DNA from: Eledone cirrhosa
Lineage: Eukaryota
DNA: 64,000 bases
Direction of reading: 5' to 3'
NCBI GenBank assembly: GCA_964016885.1
Contig: OZ024742.1
Span: 7,130,001 to 7,194,000 of the forward strand
Both the position numbers and the translations under genes were made by a program. This document shows positions 28,801 to 46,000 of this stretch, one piece after another (the stretch's first letter is position 1; every line of letters begins with the position of its first letter). The notes under the pieces were generated by a model that ran no database searches, was not told where the DNA came from, and saw only the letters and a program-made list of their open reading frames with translations.

Positions 28801-31800
28801 AGCAACAATGACAATAACAACAAAACCAACAACAGCAACAATGACAATAACAACACAACCAACAACAGCAAAAATGACAATAACAACACAACGAACAACA
28901 GCAACAATGACAATAACAACACAACCAACAACAGCAACAATGACAATAACAACACAACCAACAATATCAACAATGACAATAACAACAAAACCAACAACAG
29001 CAACAATGACAATAACAACAAAACCAACAACAGCAACAATGACAATAACAACACAACCAATAACAACAAAACCAACAATATCAACAATGACAATAACAAC
29101 ACAACCAACAACAGCAACAATGACAATAACAACACAACCAACAACAGCAACAATGACAATAATAACACGACCAACAACAGCAACAATGACAATAACAACA
29201 CGACCAACAACAGCAACAATGACAATAACAACACGACCAACAACAGCAACAATGACAATAACAACACAACCAACAACAGCAACAATGACAATAACAACAC
29301 GACCAACAACAGCAACAATTAAATAACAACACAACCAACAACAGCAACAATGACAATAACAACACAACCAACAACAGCAACAATGACAATAACAACACAA
29401 CCAACAACAGCAACAATGACAATAACAACAGAACCAGCAACAGCAACGATGACATTAACAACACAACCAACAACAGCAACAATTACAACAACAACATAAC
29501 CAACAACAGCAGCAATTATATAACAACACGACCAACAACAGCAACAATGACAATAACAACACAACCAACAACAGCAACAATGACAATAACAACACAACCA
29601 ACAACAGCAATAATGACAATAACAACACAACCAACAACAGCAATAATGACAATAACAACACAACAACCAACAACAGCAACATTGACGGTAACAACAAAAA
29701 CCAACAACAGCAACAGTGACAATAACAACACAACCAACAACAGCAACAATGACAATAACAACAAAACCAACAACAGCAACAATGACAATAACAACACAAC
29801 CAACAACAGCAACAGTGAAAATAACAACACAACCAACAACAGCAACAATGACAATAACAACACAACCAGCAACAGCAACAATGACAAAAACAAGACAACC
29901 AACAACATCAACAATGACAATAATAACACAACCAACAACAGCAACAATGACAATAACAACAAAACCAACAACAGCAACAATGACAATAACAACACAACCA
30001 ACAACCGCAACAATGACAATAACAACACGACCAACAACAGCAATAATGACAATAACAAGAAAACCAGAGACAGCAATAATGACAATAACAACACAACCAA
30101 CAACAGCAACAATGACAATAACAACACAACCAACAACAGCAATAATGACAATAACAACACAACCAACAACAGCAATAATGACAATAACAACACAACCAAC
30201 AACAGCAACAATGACAATAACAACACGACCAACAACAGCAACAATGACAATAACAACACAACCAACAACAGCAACAATGACAATAGCAACACAACCAACA
30301 ATATCAACAATGACAATAACAACACAACCAACAACAGCAATAATGACAATAACAACACAACCAACAACAGCAACAATGACAATAACAACACAACCAACAA
30401 CAGCAACAATGACAATAACAACACAACCAACAATAGCAACAATTAAATAACAACAGCGACAATTAAATAACAACACAACCAACAACAGCAACAATGACAA
30501 TAACAACACAACCAACAACGGCAATAATGACAATAACAACACAACCAACAATATCAACAATGACAATAACAACACAACCAACAACAGCAATAATGACAAT
30601 AACAACACAACCAACAACAGTAACAATGACAATAACAACACAACCAACAACAGCAACAATGACAATAACGATACAACCAACAACAGCAACAATGACAATA
30701 ACAACACAACCAACAACAGCAACAATGACATTAACAACACAACCAACAACAGCAACAATGACAATAACAACACAACCAACAACAGCAACAATGACAATAA
30801 CAACACAACCAACAACAGCAACAATGACATTAACAACACAACCAACAACAGCAACAATGACAATAACAACAAAACCAACAACAGCAACAATGACAATAAC
30901 AACACAACCAACAACAGCAACAGTGAAAATAACAACACAACCAACAACAGCAACAATGACAATAACAACACAACCAACAACAGCAACAATGACAATAACA
31001 ACACAACCAACAACAGCAACAATGACAATAATAACACAATGAACAACAGCAACAATGACAATAACAACAAAACCAACAACAGCAACAATGACAATAACAA
31101 CACAACCAACAACAGCAATAATGACAATAACAACACAACCAACAACAGCAACAATGACAATAACAACACAACCAACAACAGCAACAATGACAATAACAAC
31201 ACAACCAACAATAGCAACAATTAAATAACAACAGCAACAATTAAATAACAACACAACCAACAACAGCAACAATGACAATAACAACACAACCAACAACGGC
31301 AATAATGACAATAACAACACAACCAACAATATCAACAATGACAATAACAACACAACCAACAACAGCAATAATGACAATAACAACACAACCAACAACAGCA
31401 ACAATTACAATAACAACACAACCAACAACAGCAACAATGACAATAACGACACAACCAACAACAGCAACAATGACAATAACAACACAACCAACAACAGCAA
31501 CAATGACATTAACAACACAACCAACAACAGCAACAATGACAATAACAACACAACCAACAACAGCAACAATGACAATAACAACACAACCAACAATATCAAC
31601 AATGACAATAACAACACAACCAACAACAGCAACAATGACAATAACGACACAACCAACAACAGCAACAATGACAATAACAACACAACCAACAACAGCAACA
31701 ATGACAATAACGACACAACCAACAACAGCAACAATGACAATAACAACACAACCAACAACAGCAACAATGACATTAACAACACAACCAACAACAGCAACAA

Positions 31801-34800
31801 TGACAATAACAACACAACCAACAACAGCAACAATGACAATAACAACACAACCAACAATATCAACAATGACAATAACGACACAACCAACAACAGCAACAAT
31901 GACAATAACAACACAACCAACAACAGCAACAATGACATTAACAACACAACCAACAACAGCAACAATGACAATAACAACATAACCAACAACAGCAACAATG
32001 ACAATAACAACACAACCAACAATATCAACAATGACAATAACAACAAAACCAACAACAGCGACAATGACAATAACAACAAAACCAACAACAGCAACAATGA
32101 CAATAACAACACAACCAACAACAGCAACAATGACAATAACAACATAACCAACAACAGCAACAATGACAATAACAACACAACCAACAATATCAACAATGAC
32201 AATAACAACACAACCAACAACAGCAACAATGACAATAACAACACAACCAACAATATCAACAATGACAATAACAACAAAACCAACAACAGCAACAATGACA
32301 ATAACAACAAAACCAACAACAGCAACAATGACAATAACAACACAACCAACAACAGCAAAAATGACAATAACAACACAACGAACAACAGCAACAATGACAA
32401 TAACAACACAACCAACAACAGCAACAATGACAATAACAACACAACCAACAATATCAACAATGACAATAACAACAAAACCAACAACAGCAACAATGACAAT
32501 AACAACAAAACCAACAACAGCAACAATGACAATAACAACACAACCAATAACAACAAAACCAACAATATCAACAATGACAATAACAACACAACCAACAACA
32601 GCAACAATGACAATAACAACACAACCAACAACAGCAACAATGACAATAATAACACGACCAACAACAGCAACAATGACAATAACAACACGACCAACAACAG
32701 CAACAATGACAATAACAACACGACCAACAACAGCAACAATGACAATAACAACACAACCAACAACAGCAACAATGACAATAACAACACGACCAACAACAGC
32801 AACAATTAAATAACAACACAACCAACAACAGCAACAATGACAATAACAACACAACCAACAACAGCAACAATGACAATAACAACACAACCAACAACAGCAA
32901 CAATGACAATAACAACAGAACCAGCAACAGCAACGATGACATTAACAACACAACCAACAACAGCAACAATTACAACAACAACATAACCAACAACAGCAGC
33001 AATTATATAACAACACGACCAACAACAGCAACAATGACAATAACAACACAACCAACAACAGCAACAATGACAATAACAACACAACCAACAACAGCAATAA
33101 TGACAATAACAACACAACCAACAACAGCAATAATGACAATAACAACACAACAACCAACAACAGCAACATTGACGGTAACAACAAAAACCAACAACAGCAA
33201 CAGTGACAATAACAACACAACCAACAACAGCAACAATGACAATAACAACAAAACCAACAACAGCAACAATGACAATAACAACACAACCAACAACAGCAAC
33301 AGTGAAAATAACAACACAACCAACAACAGCAACAATGACAATAACAACACAACCAGCAACAGCAACAATGACAAAAACAAGACAACCAACAACATCAACA
33401 ATGACAATAATAACACAACCAACAACAGCAACAATGACAATAACAACAAAACCAACAACAGCAACAATGACAATAACAACACAACCAACAACCGCAACAA
33501 TGACAATAACAACACGACCAACAACAGCAATAATGACAATAACAAGAAAACCAGAGACAGCAATAATGACAATAACAACACAACCAACAACAGCAACAAT
33601 GACAATAACAACACAACCAACAACAGCAATAATGACAATAACAACACAACCAACAACAGCAATAATGACAATAACAACACAACCAACAACAGCAACAATG
33701 ACAATAACAACACGACCAACAACAGCAACAATGACAATAACAACACAACCAACAACAGCAACAATGACAATAGCAACACAACCAACAATATCAACAATGA
33801 CAATAACAACACAACCAACAACAGCAATAATGACAATAACAACACAACCAACAACAGCAACAATGACAATAACAACACAACCAACAACAGCAACAATGAC
33901 AATAACAACACAACCAACAATAGCAACAATTAAATAACAACAGCGACAATTAAATAACAACACAACCAACAACAGCAACAATGACAATAACAACACAACC
34001 AACAACGGCAATAATGACAATAACAACACAACCAACAATATCAACAATGACAATAACAACACAACCAACAACAGCAATAATGACAATAACAACACAACCA
34101 ACAACAGTAACAATGACAATAACAACACAACCAACAACAGCAACAATGACAATAACGATACAACCAACAACAGCAACAATGACAATAACAACACAACCAA
34201 CAACAGCAACAATGACATTAACAACACAACCAACAACAGCAACAATGACAATAACAACACAACCAACAACAGCAACAATGACAATAACAACACAACCAAC
34301 AATATCAACAATGACAATAACAACACAACCAACAACAGCAACAATGACAATAACAACACAACCAACACTATCAACAATGACAATAACAACACGACCAACA
34401 ACAGCAACAATGACAATAACAACACAACCAACAACAGCAACAATGACAATAACAACATAACCAACAACAGCAACAATGACAATAACAACAAAACCAACAA
34501 CAGCAACAATGACAATAACAACACAACCAACAACAGCAACAATGACAAGAACAACACAACCAACAATATCAACAATGACGATAACAAAACAACCAACAAC
34601 AGCAACAATGATAATAACAACACAACCAACAACAGCAACAATGACATTAACAACACAACCAACAACAGCAACAATGACAATAACAACACAACCAACAACA
34701 GCAACAATGACAATAACAACACAACCAACAATATCAACAATGACAATAACAACACAACCAACAACAGCAACAATGACAATAACAACACAACCAACAACCG

Positions 34801-37800
34801 CAACAATGACAATAACAACACAACCAACAACAGCAACAATGACAACAACAACACAACCAACAACAATGACAATAATAACACATCCAATAACAGCAACAAT
34901 GACAATAACAACACAACCAAAAACAGCAACAATGACAATAACAACACAACCAACAACAGCAACAATGACAATAACAACACAACCAACAACAGCAACAATG
35001 ACAATAACAACACGACCAACAACAGCAACAATGACAATAACAACACAACCAACAACAGCAATAATGACAATAACAACACAACCAACAACAGCAACAATGA
35101 CAATAACAACACAACCAACAACAGCAACAATGACAATAACAACACAACCAACAATAGCAACAATTAAATAACAACAGCAACAATTAAATAACAACACAAC
35201 CAACAACAGCAACAATGACAATAACAACACAACCAACAACGGCAATAATGACAATAACAACACAACCAACAATATCAACAATGACAATAACAACACAACC
35301 TACAACAGCAATAATGACAATAACAACACAACCAACAACAGCAACAATGACAATAACAACACAACCAACAACAGCAACAATGACATTAACAACACAACCA
35401 ACAACAGCAACGATGACAATAACAACACAACCAACAACAGCAACAATGACAATAACAACACAACCAACAATATCAACAATGACAATAACAACACAACCAA
35501 CAACAGCAACAATGACAATAACAACACAACCAACACTATCAACAATGACAATAACAACACAACCAACAACAGCAACAATGACAATAACAACACAACCAAC
35601 AATATCAACAATGATAATAACAACACAACCAACAACAGCAACAATGACAATAACAACACAACCAACAATATCAACAATGACAATAACAACACAACCAACA
35701 ACAGCAACAATGACAATAACAACACAACCAACAACCGCAACAATGACAATAACAACACAACCAACAACAGCAACAATGACAACAACAACACAACCAACAA
35801 CAATGACAATAATAACACATCCAATAACAACAACAATGACAATAACAACACAACCAACAACAGCAACAATGACAATAACAACACAACCAACAACAGCAAC
35901 AATGACAATAACAACACAACCAACAACAGCAACAATGACAATAACAACACGACCAACAACAGCAACAATGACAATAACAACACAACCAACAAAAGCAATA
36001 ATGACAATAACAACACAACCAACAACAGCAACAATGACAATAACAACACAACCAACAACAGCAACAATGACAATAACAACACAACCAACAATAGCAACAA
36101 TTAAATAACAACAGCAACAATTAAATAACAACACAACCAACAACAGCAACAATGACAATAACAACACAACCAACAACGGCAATAATGACAATAACAACAC
36201 AACCAAACAATATCAACAATGACAATAACAACACAACCTACAACAGCAATAATGACAATAACAACACAACCAACAACAGCAACAATGACAATAACAACAC
36301 AACCAACAACAGCAACAATGACAATAACGACACAACCAACAACAGCAACAATGACAATAACAACACAACCAACAACAGCAACAATGACATTAACAACACA
36401 ACCAACAACAGCAACAATGACAATAACAACACAACCAACAACAGCAACAATGACAATAACAACACAACCAACAATATCAACAATGACAATAACAACACAA
36501 CCAACAACAGCAACAATGACAATAACAACACAACCAACACTATCAACAATGACAATAACAACAAAACCAACAACAGCAACAATGACAATAACAACACAAC
36601 CAACAACAGCAATAATGACAATAACAACACAACCAACAACAGCAACAATGACAATAACAACACAACCAACAACAGCAACAATGACAATAACAACACAACC
36701 AACAACGGCAATAATGACAATAACAACACAACCAAACAATATCAACAATGACAATAACAACACAACCAACAATATCAACAATGACAATAACAACACAACC
36801 AACAACAGCAACAATGACAATAACAACACAACCAACACTATCAACAATGACAATAACAACAAAACCAACAACAGCAACAATGACAATAACAACACAACCA
36901 ACAACAGCAACAATGACAATAACAACATAACCAACAACAGCAACAATGACAATAACAACAAAACCAACAACAGCAACAATGACAATAACAACACAACCAA
37001 CAATATCAACAATGACGATAACAACACAACCAACAACAGCAACAATGATAATAACAACACAACCAACAACAGCAACAATGACATTAACAACACAACCAAC
37101 AACAGCAACAATGACAATAACAACACAACCAACAACAGCAACAATGACAATAACAACACAACCAACAATATCAATGACAATAACAACACGACCAACAATA
37201 GCAATAATGACAATAACAACACAACCAACACCAGTAACAATGACAATAACAACACGACCAACAACAGCAACAATGACAATAACAACACTACCAACAACAG
37301 CAACAATGACTATAACAACACAACCAACAACACCAACAATGACAATAACAACACAACCAATAACAGCGACAATGACAATGTCAACAAAACCAACAACAGC
37401 AACAATGACAATAACAACACAACCAACAACAGCAACAATGACAATAACAACACGACCAACAATATCAACGATGACAATAACAACACAACCAACAACAGCG
37501 ACAATGACAATAACAACACAACCAACAACAGCAACAATGACAATAATAACACGACCAACAACAGCAACAATGACAATAACAACACGACCAACAACAGCAA
37601 CAATGACAATAACAACACGACCAACAACAGCAACAATGACAATAACAACACAACCAACAACAGCAACAATGACAATAACAACACAACCAACAACAGCAAC
37701 AATGACAATAACAACACGACCAACAACAGCAACAATTAAATAACAACACAACCAACAACAGCAACAATGACAATAACAACACAACCAACAACAGCAACAA

Positions 37801-40010
37801 TGACAATAACAACACAACCAACAACAGCAACAATGACAATAACAACAGAACCAGCAACAGCAACGATGACATTAACAACACAACCAACAACAGCAACAAT
37901 GACAACAACAACATAACAAACAACAGCAGCAATTAAATAACAACACGACCAACAACAGCAACAATGACAATAACAACACAACCAACAACAGCAACAATGA
38001 CAATAACAACACAACCAACAACAGCAACAGTGACAATAACAACACAACCAACAACAGCGACAATGACAATAACAACAAAACCAACAACAGCAACAATGAC
38101 AATAACAACAAAACCAACAACAGCAACAATGACAATAACAACACAACCAACAACAGCAACAATCACAACAACAACACGACCAACAACAGCAATAATGACA
38201 ATAACAACACAACCAACAACAGTAACAATGACAATAACAACACGACCAACAACAGCAACAATGACAATAACAACACTACCAACAACAGCAACAATGACAA
38301 TAACAACACAACCAACAACACCAACAATGACAATAAGAACACAACCAACAACAGCGACAATGACAATAACAACAAAACCAACAACGGCAACAATGATAAT
38401 AACAACACAACCAACAACAGCAACAATGACAATAACAACATAACCAACAACAGCAACAATGACAATAACAACAAAACCAACAACAGCAACAATCACAATA
38501 ACAACACAACCAACAACAGCAACAATGACAATAACAACACAACCAACAACAGCAACAATGTCAATAACAACACAACCAACAACAGCAACAATGACAATAA
38601 CAACAAAACCAACAACAGCAACAATGACAATAACAACACAACCAACAACAGCAACAATGACAATAACAACACAACCAACAACAGCAACAATGACAATAAC
38701 AACACAACCAACAACAGCAACAATGACAATAAAAACACAACCAACAACAGCAACCATGACAATAACAATACGACCAACAACAGCAACAATGACAATAACA
38801 ACACAACCAACAATATCAACAATGACAATAACAACACAACCAACAACAGCAACAATGACAATAACAACACAACCAACAACAGCAACAATGACAATAATAA
38901 CACGACCAACAACAGCAACAATGACAATAACAACACGACCAACAACAGCAACAGTGACAATAACAACACGACCAACAACAGCAACAATGACAATAACAAC
39001 ACAAGCAACAACAGCAACAATGACAATAACAACACGACCAACAACAGCAACAATTAAATAACAACACAACCAACAACAGCAACAATGACAATAACAACAC
39101 AACCAACAACAGCAACAATGACAATAACAACACAACCAACAACAGCAACAATGACAATAACAACAGAACCAGCAACAGAAACGATGACATTAACAACACA
39201 ACCAACAACAGCAACAATGACAACAACAACATAACCAACAACAGCAGCAATTAAATAACAACACGACCAACAACAGCAACAATGACAATAACAACACAAC
39301 CAACAACAGCAACAATGACAATAACAACACAACCAACAACAGCAATAATGACAATAACAACACAACCAACAACAGCAATAATGACAATAACAACACAACA
39401 ACCAACAACAGCAACAATGACAGTAACAACACAACCAACAACAGCAACAGTGACAATAACAACACAACCAACAACAGCAACAATGACAATAACAACAAAA
39501 CCAACAACAGCAACAATGACAATAACAACACAACCAACAACAGCAACAGTGAAAATAACAACACAACCAACAACAGCAACAATGACAATAACAACACAAC
39601 CAACAAAAGCAACAATGACAATAACAACACAACCAACAACAGCAACAATGACAATAATAACACAATGAACAACAGCAACAATGACAATAACAACAAAACC
39701 AACAACAGCAACAATGACAATAACAACACAACCAACAACAGCAATAATGACAATAACAACACAACCAACAACAGCAACAATGACAATAACAACACAACCA
39801 ACAACAGCAACAATGACAATAACAACACAACCAACAATAGCAACAATTAAATAACAACAGCAACAATTAAATAACAACACAACCAACAACAGCAACAATG
39901 ACAATAACAACACAACCAACAACGGCAATAATGACAATAACAACACAACCAACAATATCAACAATGACAATAACAACACAACCAACAACAGCAATAATGA
40001 CAATAACAAC
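19900..40010. repeat. Large duplication of an approx. 8-kb block at offset 12264/12113 bp, with a nested 3487-bp tandem duplication (about 27370-34290)
   Basis: Pairs 20542/32806 and 22951/35215 (12264); 24833/36946 and 27169/39282 (12113); 27785/31272 and 29547/33034 (3487). The rare variant AAGAAAACCAGAGACAGC occurs at about 21280, 30057 and 33544. Confidence 0.9.
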
Positions 40011-43000
40011 ACAACCAACAACAGCAACAATGACAATAACAACACAACCAACAACAGCAACAATGACAATAACGACACAATCAACAACAGAAACAATGAC
40101 AATAACAACACAACCAACAACAGCAACAATGACATTAACAACACAACCAACAACAGCAACAATGACAATAACAACACAACCAACAATATCAACAATGACA
40201 ATAACAACACAACCAACAACAGCAACAATGAAAATAACAACACAACCAACACTATCAACAATGACAATAACAACAAAACCAACAACAGCAACAATGACAA
40301 TAACAACACAACCAACAACAGCAACAATGACAATAACAACATAACCAACAACAGCAACAATGACAATAACAACAAAACCAACAACAGCAACAATGACAAT
40401 AACAACACAACCAACAACAGCAACAATGACAATAACAACACAACCAACAATATCAACAATGACGATAACAACACAACCAACAACAGCAACAATGATAATA
40501 ACAACACAACCAACAACTGCAACAATGACATTAACAACACAACCAACAACAGCGACAATGACAATAACAACAAAACAAACAACAGCAACAATGACAATAA
40601 CAACACAACCAACAACAGCAACAATGACAATAACAACATAACCAACAACAGCAACAATGACAATAACAAGAAAACCAACAACAGCAACAATGACAATAAC
40701 AACACAACCAACAACAGCAACAATGACAATAACAACACAACCAACAACAGCAACAATGGCAATAACAACACAACCAACAACAGAAACAATGAAAATAACA
40801 ACAAAACCAACAACAGCAACAATGACAATAACAACACAACCAACAACAGCAACAATGACAATAACAACACAACCAACAACAGCAACGATGACAATAACAA
40901 CACAACGAACAACAGCAACAATGACAATAACAACACAACCAACAACAGCAATAATGACAATAACAACACAACCAACAACAGCAACGATGACAATAACAAC
41001 ACAACCAACAACAGCAACAATGACAACAACAACATAACCAACAACAGCAGCAATTAAATAACAACACGACCAACAACAGCAACAATGACAATAACAACAC
41101 AACCAACAACAGCAACAATGACAATAACAACACAACCAACAACAGCAATAATGACAATAACAACACAACCAACAACAGCAATAATGACAATAACAACACA
41201 ACCAACAACAGCAACGATGACAATAACAACACAACCAACAACAGCAACAATGACAATAACAACACAACCAACAACAGCGACAATGACAATAACAACAAAA
41301 CCAACAACAGCAACAATGACAATAACAACAAAACCAACAACAGCAACAATGACAATAACAACACAACCAACAACAGCAACAATGACAATAACAACACGAC
41401 CAACAACAGCAATAATGACAATAACAACACAACCAACAACAGTAACAATGACAATAACAACACGACCAACAACAGCAACAATGACAATAACAACACTACC
41501 AACAACAGCAACAATGACAATAACAACACAACCAACAACACCAACAATGACAATAAGAACACAACCAACAACAGCAACAATGACAATAACAACACAACCA
41601 ACAACAGCAACAGTGACAATAACAACACAACCAACAACAGCAACAATGACAATAACAACACAACCAACAACAGCAACAGTGACAATAACAACACAACCAA
41701 CAACAGCGACAATGACAATAACAACAAAACCAACAACGGCAACAATGATAATAACAACACAACCAACAACAGCAACAATGACAATAACAACATAACCAAC
41801 AACAGCAACAATGACAATAACAACAAAACCAAGAACAGTAACAATGACAATAACAACACAACCAACAACAGCAACAATGACAATAACAACACAACCAACA
41901 ACAGCAACAATGACAATAACGACACAACCAACAACAGCAACAATGACAATAACAACAAAACCAACAACAGCAACAATGACAATAACAACACAACCAACAA
42001 CAGCAACAATGACAATAACAACACAACCAACAACAGCAACAATGACAATAACAACACAACCAACAACAGCAACAATGACAATAAAAACACAACCAACAAC
42101 AGCAACCATGACAATAACAATACGACCAACAACAGCAACAATGACAATAACAACACAACCAACAATATCAACAATGACAATAACAACACAACCAACAACA
42201 GCAACAATGACAATAATAACACGACCAACAACAGCAACAATGACAATAACAACACGACCAACAACAGCAACAGTGACAATAACAACACGACCAACAACAG
42301 CAACAATGACAATAACAACACTACCAACAACAGCAACAATTAAATAACAACACAACCAACAACAGCAACAATGACAATAACAACACAACCAACAACAGCA
42401 ACAATGACAATAACAACACAACCAACAACAGCAACAATGACAATAACAACAGAAACAGCAACAGCAACGATGACATTAACAACACAACCAACAACAGCAA
42501 CAATGACAACAACAACATAACCAACAACAGCAGCAATTAAATAACAACACGACCAACAACAGCAACAATGACAATAACAACACAACCAACAACAGCAACA
42601 ATGACAATAACAACACAACCAACAACAGCAATAATGACAATAACAACACGACCAACAACAGCAATAATGACAATAACAACACAACAACCAACAACAGCAA
42701 CAATGACAGTAACAACACAACCAACAACAGCAACAGTGACAATAACAACACAACCAACAACCGCAACAATGACAATAACAACAAAACCAACAACAGCAAC
42801 AATGACAATAACAACACAACCAACAACAGCAACAGTGAAAATAACAACACAACCAACAACAGCAACAATGACAATAACAACACAACCAACAACAGCAACA
42901 ATGACAATAACAACACAACCAACAACAGCAACAATGACAATAATAACACAATCAACAACAGCAACAATGACAATAACAACAAAACCAACAACAGCAACAA

Positions 43001-46000
43001 TGACAATAACAACACAACCAACAACAGCAATAATGACAATAACAACACAACCAACAACAGCAACAATGACAATAACAACACAACCAACAACAGCAACAAT
43101 GACAATAACAACACAACCAACAATAGCAACAATTATATAACAACAGCAACAATTAAATAACAACACAACCAACAACAGCAACAATGACAATAACAACACA
43201 ACCAACAACGGCAATAATGACAATAACAACACAACCAACAATATCAACAATGACAATAACAACACAACCAACAACAGCAATAATGACAATAACAACACAA
43301 CCAACAACAGCAACAATGACAATAACAACACAACCAACAACAGCAACAATGACAATAACAACAAAACCAACAACAGCAACAATGACAATAACAACACAAC
43401 CAACAACAACAACAATGACAATAACAACACAACCAACAACAGCAACAATGACAATAACAACACAACCAACAACAGCAACAATGACAATAAAAACACAACC
43501 AACAACAGCAACCATGACAATAACAATACGACCAACAACAGCAATAATGACAATAACAACACAACCAACAATATCAACAATGACAATAACAACACAACCA
43601 AAAACAGCAACAATGACAATAACAACACAACCAACAACAGCAACAATGACAATAATAACACGACCAACAACAGCAACAATGACAATAACAACACAACCAA
43701 CAACAGCAACAGTGACAATAACAACACGACCAACAACAGCAACAATGACAATAACAACACAAGCAACAACAGCAACAATGACAATAACAACACGACCAAC
43801 AACAGCAACAATTAAATAACAACACAACCAACAACAGCAACAATGACAATAACAACACAACCAACAACAGCAACAATGACAATAACAACGCAACCAACAA
43901 CAGCAACAATGACAATAACAACAGAACCAGCAACAGCAACGATGACATTAACAACACGAGCAACAACAGCAACAATGACAACAACAACATAACCAACAAC
44001 AGCAGCAATTAAATAACAACACGACCAACAACAGCAACAATGACAATAACAACACAACCAACAACAGCAACAATGACAATAACAACACAACCAACAACAG
44101 CAACAATGACAATAACAACACAACCAACAACAGCGACAATGACAATAACAACAAAACCAACAACAGCAACAATGACAATAACAACAAAACCAACAACAGC
44201 AACAATGACAATAACAACACAACCAACAACAGCAACAATGACAATAACAACACGACCAACAACAGCAATAATGACAATAACAACACAACCAACAACAGTA
44301 ACAATGACAATAACAACACGACCAACAACAGCAACAATGACAATAACAACACTACCAACAACAGCAACAATGACAATAACAACACAACCAACAACACCAA
44401 CAATGACAATAAGAACACAACCAACAACAGCGACAATGACAATAACAACAAAACCAACAACGGCAACAATGATAATAACAACACAACCAACAACAGCAAC
44501 AATGACAATAACAACATAACCAACAACAGCAACAATGACAATAACAACAAAACCAAGAACAGTAACAATGACAATAACAACACAACCAACAACAGCAACA
44601 ATGACAATAACAACACAACCAACAACAGCAACAATGACAATAACGACACAACCAACAACAGCAACAATGACAATAACAACAAAACCAACAACAGCAACAA
44701 TGACAATAACAACACAACCAACAACAGCAACAATGACAATAACAACACAACCAACAACAGCAACAATGACAATAACAACACAACCAACAACAGCAACAAT
44801 GACAATAAAAACACAACCAACAACAGCAACCATGACAATAACAATACGACCAACAACAGCAACAATTAAATAACAACACAACCAACAACAGCAACAATGA
44901 CAATAACAACACAACCAACAACAGCAACAATGACAATAACAACGCAACCAACAACAGCAACAATGACAATAACAACAGAACCAGCAACAGCAACGATGAC
45001 ATTAACAACACGAGCAACAACAGCAACAATGACAACAACAACATAACCAACAACAGCAGCAATTAAATAACAACACGACCAACAACAGCAACAATGACAA
45101 TAACAACACAACCAACAACAGCAACAATGACAATAACAACACAACCAACAACAGCAACAATGACAATAACAACACAACCAACAACAGCGACAATGACAAT
45201 AACAACAAAACCAACAACAGCAACAATGACAATAACAACAAAACCAACAACAGCAACAATGACAATAACAACACAACCAACAACAGCAACAATGACAATA
45301 ACAACACGACCAACAACAGCAATAATGACAATAACAACACAACCAACAACAGTAACAATGACAATAACAACACGACCAACAACAGCAACAATGACAATAA
45401 CAACACTACCAACAACAGCAACAATGACAATAACAACACAACCAACAACACCAACAATGACAATAAGAACACAACCAACAACAGCGACAATGACAATAAC
45501 AACAAAACCAACAACGGCAACAATGATAATAACAACACAACCAACAACAGCAACAATGACAATAACAACATAACCAACAACAGCAACAATGACAATAACA
45601 ACAAAACCAAGAACAGTAACAATGACAATAACAACACAACCAACAACAGCAACAATGACAATAACAACACAACCAACAACAGCAACAATGACAATAACGA
45701 CACAACCAACAACAGCAACAATGACAATAACAACAAAACCAACAACAGCAACAATGACAATAACAACACAACCAACAACAGCAACAATGACAATAACAAC
45801 ACAACCAACAACAGCAACAATGACAATAACAACACAACCAACAACAGCAACAATGACAATAAAAACACAACCAACAACAGCAACCATGACAATAACAATA
45901 CGACCAACAACAGCAACAATGACAATAACAACACAACCAACAATATCAACAATGACAATAACAACACAACCAACAACAGCAACAATGACAATAATAACAC